DNA from: Ignavibacteria bacterium | GTDB taxonomy: Bacteria; Bacteroidota; Ignavibacteria; OLB7 | Assembly: GCA_020635205.1 (NCBI GenBank) | Contig: JACKAE010000003.1 | Span: forward strand, 581,054 to 645,053 | Length of the DNA: 64,000 nt | Direction of reading: 5' to 3' | Shown: positions 60,801-64,000 of the stretch, in pieces | Layout of the letters: each line of letters starts with the position of its first letter | Numbering within the stretch: the first letter of the stretch is position 1 | Notes under the pieces: generated by a model | Databases searched by the model: none | Seen by the model: the letters and a program-made list of their open reading frames with translations, nothing else | Told to the model about the DNA's origin: nothing | Translations under genes and position numbers: made by a program

Positions 60801-63437
60801 CGCCTGACGTGGCCTGTCAGCAGCCTTGTTCTTTCTGACAGCACCGTAGACTATTTCAACACCAAAGCACACAGCGGCGCACAAACTGCTTCTATTGGTT
60901 TGGGCGCAATAGATGTGCGCCGCGCGATCGTCGTTCTCGAGAACAATACGAACGTTATTTCTGACAGCGTTCTGGTTGAACGTATCAGCCCGTTCAGCAC
61001 ATGGAACACAAGGGCGGCCTTTGGCGATACGATCACGCTGGACTGGATGTTGCCGGGGAGAGGGCATTTTTACCGCGTGACCCCCATTCCTTCCGGCGTA
61101 AGCAATTACGGTGTGGCCTATAACAATGCGGTGCGGAGCGAGAATACGGTAGACGATACAGACCCCGGCTATCAGGTCACCGTTGTCGAGCGGGATTCGG
61201 CGGTGTGGGTGCGGACGTATGTGCCGGGGAGTGGATGGGGGGAGGAGTTTCTGGTATCAGCGGCGGCGGATACAGCGCGGGTAACGGGGCTTTCGCGGAG
61301 ATTGGCGCATAACATCTTGCCAGCCGTCGCACGAGTAAGGGACGGGGAGGCTTTGCTGGTGGTCTGGCAAAGGCTGGATACGAACGATCAAGGCACGGTA
61401 GAGGCTCTGCACATTGCAGGCAAGCCGGATTCTTCTGCCATTGCGAATGCAACGCCGTTGACGATTTCTTCTCCTCGCACGATTAACCGTAGCTGGATGA
61501 AGATGGCTCCCGCCGTTGTCGGCTTTGACGGCGGCTGGATCATCGCATGGGGTGCGCCCACCAACGGGATTGAAGTGGCGGCATTACGGAACGAGACCGT
61601 GCCGGATGTGGCGGATGATCGCTCGAACATTTCTGTTGTGAGAGGGCAGCAGCTTTCCTATCCCTCGCGCTTTGGGCTGACGAACGTGACCGTACCGCTG
61701 GACAGTATTTGCATGTATCCCACGCTCGCCTATGTGCCGAACGAAGAGATTTTGAACGAAGGACAGTCCAATGAACAGCATCTCCGCTGGGGGCATCTGG
61801 CATGGCAGCAGGGGGCGGATTCGTCCGAATCCATCCAGTCTTCGGGGCCTTATATCATGTACAAGAAGATCGGCGTGGAATGGCGGTGGGACAGTGTCAA
61901 ACCCCTTCTCAAACTTAATCAGCCTGTCGAACACGTCTCCCAGAGCTTGCCCGGTTGCCGTTTCTATCATCCCTCGATTGCGGCGGATTCCCTGCGCGTC
62001 GGCGTGGCCTTTGAAAGCCGCGCCTTACTGGTTCCCCGGCATATCCCCTCCGGCGGCTCTATTGGCGAGATCAAGGCCGTGACCTTGCGTTTTAGGGATT
62101 CCCTCAAAGCGGACGGTACGTCCGCCAATGCCCGGCGGTGGAGCAGCCCGGCCTACTATTGGGGAGATTCATCGAACTTCTATGTTTATCCATCATTGAC
62201 AGAGTTCCCGATCAAGCCCCGCGCCGATCTGCTCAATACGCCGGAAGGGGCATTGGCATGGTTCAACCAGACGGACGGCACATCACAGTGGAGTTATCGG
62301 TATGGTGAACTGTTGCCGGGATCGCTGCCGGACGGCAATTATCCGACGATGATGCTGGCTCCCGCTGTTGTGGAAGATCCCGTGACGCAGACAGGTGTGC
62401 TTTACCGGGAAACGGATTCTTTTACCAGACAACGCGGCTGGGGAGAAACGGGAACCTATTATACAGCGCGGATGATAACGGACGAGACCTACGCGCTCGA
62501 CGGCTTTCGTGACATCTTCACCGTGCTGCCGCGCACCAGCGGTATTCATGCCCATCTCTCTATCGGCAGCCGTTTGCCTGTCTCCTCCACGCCTTGCAAC
62601 TTTGCCGTTGTGCAGGCAGGGCTTGCTTTCGATCATGTGGACGGGGGACAGCGCGATACCTTTACCATCGTGCCCGGAACCTTCTTCTCCCCGCCGGAAA
62701 ACGGCGAGACGTGGATTGAAGACCCGGATGATGGCTCGAAAGTGGTGAGAACGGAAGCCTTTCCAGCAGGGACGATCACAACGACGATCCGCCGCTATAT
62801 TGGCCGCACATCCGATGCCGTCACATGGCTCAATACCTTTCCCTATGATACGGTGATGTTGTCACAGCCGGACGTGAAGATATTGACAGAACTGGTACGT
62901 GTTGCCGACGGTACTGTCTTGTGGCAGGATGATACGATCTCTGTGCGGGATATGACATCGGACGCGCTGGCGGAAGCCGTCACCGTCCCGACCGATGCCG
63001 TCACGCCATCCGGCACAATGGTCTACACCCGCATCCGCGCCGTGCCGACGCTGGACGTGGAATATCTCTTGAGCGCAGGATTCCAGTTCTACGAAGACAA
63101 CACCGCATGGATCACCAGCCCCAAACGCTCAAGCCCGTGGCAGATCGAACAACAGACAGGAAATGAAGCGGGAGAAAGCATTCTCCGCGTCCAGATCATC
63201 CCCAACCCGGCCAAAGACCGCGCAGACGTGCGGGTCACGGTGCAAAATCCCGGCACGGTCACAGTCTCCATCTGGAGCCTTCTTGGCGAACAACTGGCAG
63301 AACTGCCACCAATCACCGCAGAAACCACAGGCGTCTACACCGTCGCCGTCGATCTCTCTAACGTCAAGCCGGGCGTCTATCTGGTCAAGGCAGAAGAAAA
63401 CGGGAGGATTGCCACCAGCAGGATACATGTAGAGTAA
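57900..63437 (+). CDS. Giant (1845 aa) secreted protein of unknown function with T9SS C-terminal sorting domain
   Basis: The signal peptide is MNLQTFLRAFCCAFYPSLLLLLLCDGRLAQAQ. I recognised no catalytic or repeat motif. The C-terminus is LRVQIIPNPAKDRADVRVTVQNPGTVTVSIWSLLGEQLAEL...GVYLVKAEENGRIATSRIHVE. Confidence 0.85.
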   Translation: MNLQTFLRAFCCAFYPSLLLLLLCDGRLAQAQSITPIPQQLGIWKYDSSFVIFGQGIDDPIIAVDDYHMRFTQGYNIGIPSINAVLATTYRGVHYDTVTGLWDNLGSEADSIRKYFLLNAYAKGFGIVGHPHHTHFSVTHAKNYDAWIHPPLTKDIQNFYPTISFPYNRVSFPYELYEWPYLSGSGWGFFGQDTLKRDLKHRFYSYITVDARDENDPDDTISSVLMFGDAGFNIDVLTRSDTGLYNDVYHIWADENGTPRSPSVADSLEQLYDKSRILDVGVAIWADDEPLRNDSLDWDNDTAIGYTDIYLRDTAMQSRDNASRHLDSIWVVTGADTVWYDMTPGNRLFRVFYTGGWQATSTTAVPIDTCKCALYRRLVRDTVTKKEYLEISDSTNSKYTPAGGQFYEILTEVDPSPYWPMDVDVPWEFNDGGREFPPASTSPEAASYCEWLLKWRRDSLSASDPRHLPEGSFIRYRPYAFAPGDIVDREVRPAAAGARSDLIYRFTTTRLVDVSFARGRVAQRLVKLIEEGIFDSLIRVEMGEIFSHTIVDSLLVNVVIADEISHPRQRAGAVVDGLVQQILADSGAKQSIFMNPPINFLGFRVAMGDFDSTEVNSQPNKKMIHMVSRQAYRFFAPLPIPISYLNPDSLGRFCYDTVYGLKEVDTLDTIVTIQGGDTIVTVHQNIKRQVAGNSQFDHDYYTDLVQKDIFGKYRDVSAEGASTNQKGMIPAIGTMVNAFRFDNLDVSPYSNPVYNIVQTHGYWIPSGATPVGDLPPHSWPRIMGTRIPTAEEIVAQTWLSVNTGVEGVGFADIRDDGHTVGFLRYTGPESYADEYGTYTHTNSGYGGGPIEGFWLARKSRHTAVKEASTELHYIDTVVGWRNVQFRREQISVYDTVQTFASIPMLRDLKAERAKRYDYSVNGSGVYTFNGSDTIDARSETYVEATHYGPAPGSAESQSGAHFLLITNRLTWPVSSLVLSDSTVDYFNTKAHSGAQTASIGLGAIDVRRAIVVLENNTNVISDSVLVERISPFSTWNTRAAFGDTITLDWMLPGRGHFYRVTPIPSGVSNYGVAYNNAVRSENTVDDTDPGYQVTVVERDSAVWVRTYVPGSGWGEEFLVSAAADTARVTGLSRRLAHNILPAVARVRDGEALLVVWQRLDTNDQGTVEALHIAGKPDSSAIANATPLTISSPRTINRSWMKMAPAVVGFDGGWIIAWGAPTNGIEVAALRNETVPDVADDRSNISVVRGQQLSYPSRFGLTNVTVPLDSICMYPTLAYVPNEEILNEGQSNEQHLRWGHLAWQQGADSSESIQSSGPYIMYKKIGVEWRWDSVKPLLKLNQPVEHVSQSLPGCRFYHPSIAADSLRVGVAFESRALLVPRHIPSGGSIGEIKAVTLRFRDSLKADGTSANARRWSSPAYYWGDSSNFYVYPSLTEFPIKPRADLLNTPEGALAWFNQTDGTSQWSYRYGELLPGSLPDGNYPTMMLAPAVVEDPVTQTGVLYRETDSFTRQRGWGETGTYYTARMITDETYALDGFRDIFTVLPRTSGIHAHLSIGSRLPVSSTPCNFAVVQAGLAFDHVDGGQRDTFTIVPGTFFSPPENGETWIEDPDDGSKVVRTEAFPAGTITTTIRRYIGRTSDAVTWLNTFPYDTVMLSQPDVKILTELVRVADGTVLWQDDTISVRDMTSDALAEAVTVPTDAVTPSGTMVYTRIRAVPTLDVEYLLSAGFQFYEDNTAWITSPKRSSPWQIEQQTGNEAGESILRVQIIPNPAKDRADVRVTVQNPGTVTVSIWSLLGEQLAELPPITAETTGVYTVAVDLSNVKPGVYLVKAEENGRIATSRIHVE

Positions 63438-63461
63438 CGCCGCATAACCACCACCATCACA

Positions 63462-63510
63462 GGGCAACCCTTGCGCAACATGACAGGCGCGGGGGTTGCC
63501 TTTCTTGTGT
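63462..63510 (+). terminator. Possible terminator after the giant gene
   Basis: gggcaaccc (63462-70) pairs with gggttgcc (63493-63500). The loop is about 22 nt and is followed by tttcttgtg. Confidence 0.45.
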
Positions 63511-63581
63511 AGAAAAAGGGAAAGGAAAACTCTTTCTTGCCTAAATTATTAGGTCGGCATTAACATCAATAGTTAAGTATC

Positions 63582-64000
63582 ATGCAAGAAGAAATACCGT
63601 CCTCACAGGAATACTATACAACGTTCCCTCTGTATCAAGGCATTCGCTTGAGTGAAGAAAATGCAAGCGCAATACAGAAGCTCCTTAATTCAAGAGCTTC
63701 AGTTGATACGTTTTGCCCTGATTGTAATGAAAAAAGTACGTTTCAGTTTAAGCAGCATATTTGTAAACCTGCACTCACTCTTCAAACCGGAGAGAGAGCA
63801 TTCGCCCACAACGCTATAACATCCTCACCTTTTGCACCTACTCCTTCTTTGGCTATAAAGATACAGGGGTTGTGGGTTTCTGAATTGGCTTGCTCTAGGG
63901 AAACCGAGAACGCTTTAACCTTTCGCTACACTCCAGAAACCCATACGTTTTTTGTGTTCACCCTTGTTTCAGATACGAGCCTCATGAAAATCGGTCAATA
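63582..64000 (+). CDS. Hypothetical protein (5' part; ORF runs off the window)
   Basis: This ORF is not in the supplied track. From the ATG at 63582 it reads MQEEIPSSQEYYTTFPLYQGIRLSEENASAIQKLLNSRASVDTFCPDCNEKSTFQFKQHICKP... and stays open to the window end. It is AT-richer than the preceding genes. Confidence 0.5.
   Translation, partial: MQEEIPSSQEYYTTFPLYQGIRLSEENASAIQKLLNSRASVDTFCPDCNEKSTFQFKQHICKPALTLQTGERAFAHNAITSSPFAPTPSLAIKIQGLWVSELACSRETENALTFRYTPETHTFFVFTLVSDTSLMKIGQ

Overview
This is a chromosomal fragment from an FCB-superphylum bacterium. The evidence is four proteins ending in T9SS C-terminal sorting domains, a CarboxypepD_reg-type TonB receptor and a SurA/M16 envelope cluster. 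Ignavibacteria/Bacteroidota-like is only a guess. All calls come from reading translations and motifs by eye; no searches were run. About 40 credible genes are present. Housekeeping genes are mutS (partial and open at the window edge, absent from the ORF track), two SurA-type PPIases, an M16 peptidase pair, a rhodanese, an AcuI/YhdH-type reductase, fabI, an M48 peptidase, yraN, two amidohydrolases, ddl, aroE, a SAM methyltransferase and a SEDS (FtsW/RodA) protein. Surface or secreted genes are a TonB receptor with a partner lipoprotein, a Hep_Hag-like repeat adhesin and a shorter paralogue, a BNR-repeat protein, a transglutaminase-like pair and an Ig-like lipoprotein. One IS110-family element is inserted between yraN and an amidohydrolase gene. 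No rRNA, intact tRNA or CRISPR array was seen. Three things stand out. (1) A mosaic accessory block runs from about 51.5 kb to the window end. It holds a tyrosine integrase and an orphan 3' fragment of tRNA-Arg(ACG) flanked by 20-bp direct repeats. It also holds two XRE regulators, one with a perfect palindromic operator, and an unusual fusion of an Mrr-like PD-(D/E)xK nuclease to an ImmA/IrrE zinc peptidase. Its cargo is an FG-GAP protein plus a 1845-aa orphan giant, both T9SS substrates. The nuclease-peptidase fusion and its regulatory context are my best candidate for an undescribed system. (2) A double-zinc-ribbon mini-protein sits in front of a 1180-aa ATPase-TPR-SARP regulator whose domain order is inverted relative to AfsR-type regulators. 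(3) Intergenic DNA is full of nested palindromic repeat families. One is an AT-rich 30-38 bp unit (GGAATTCAAAATTCAAAAGTAAAAATTCAAAA) whose position and orientation are tied to start and stop codons.
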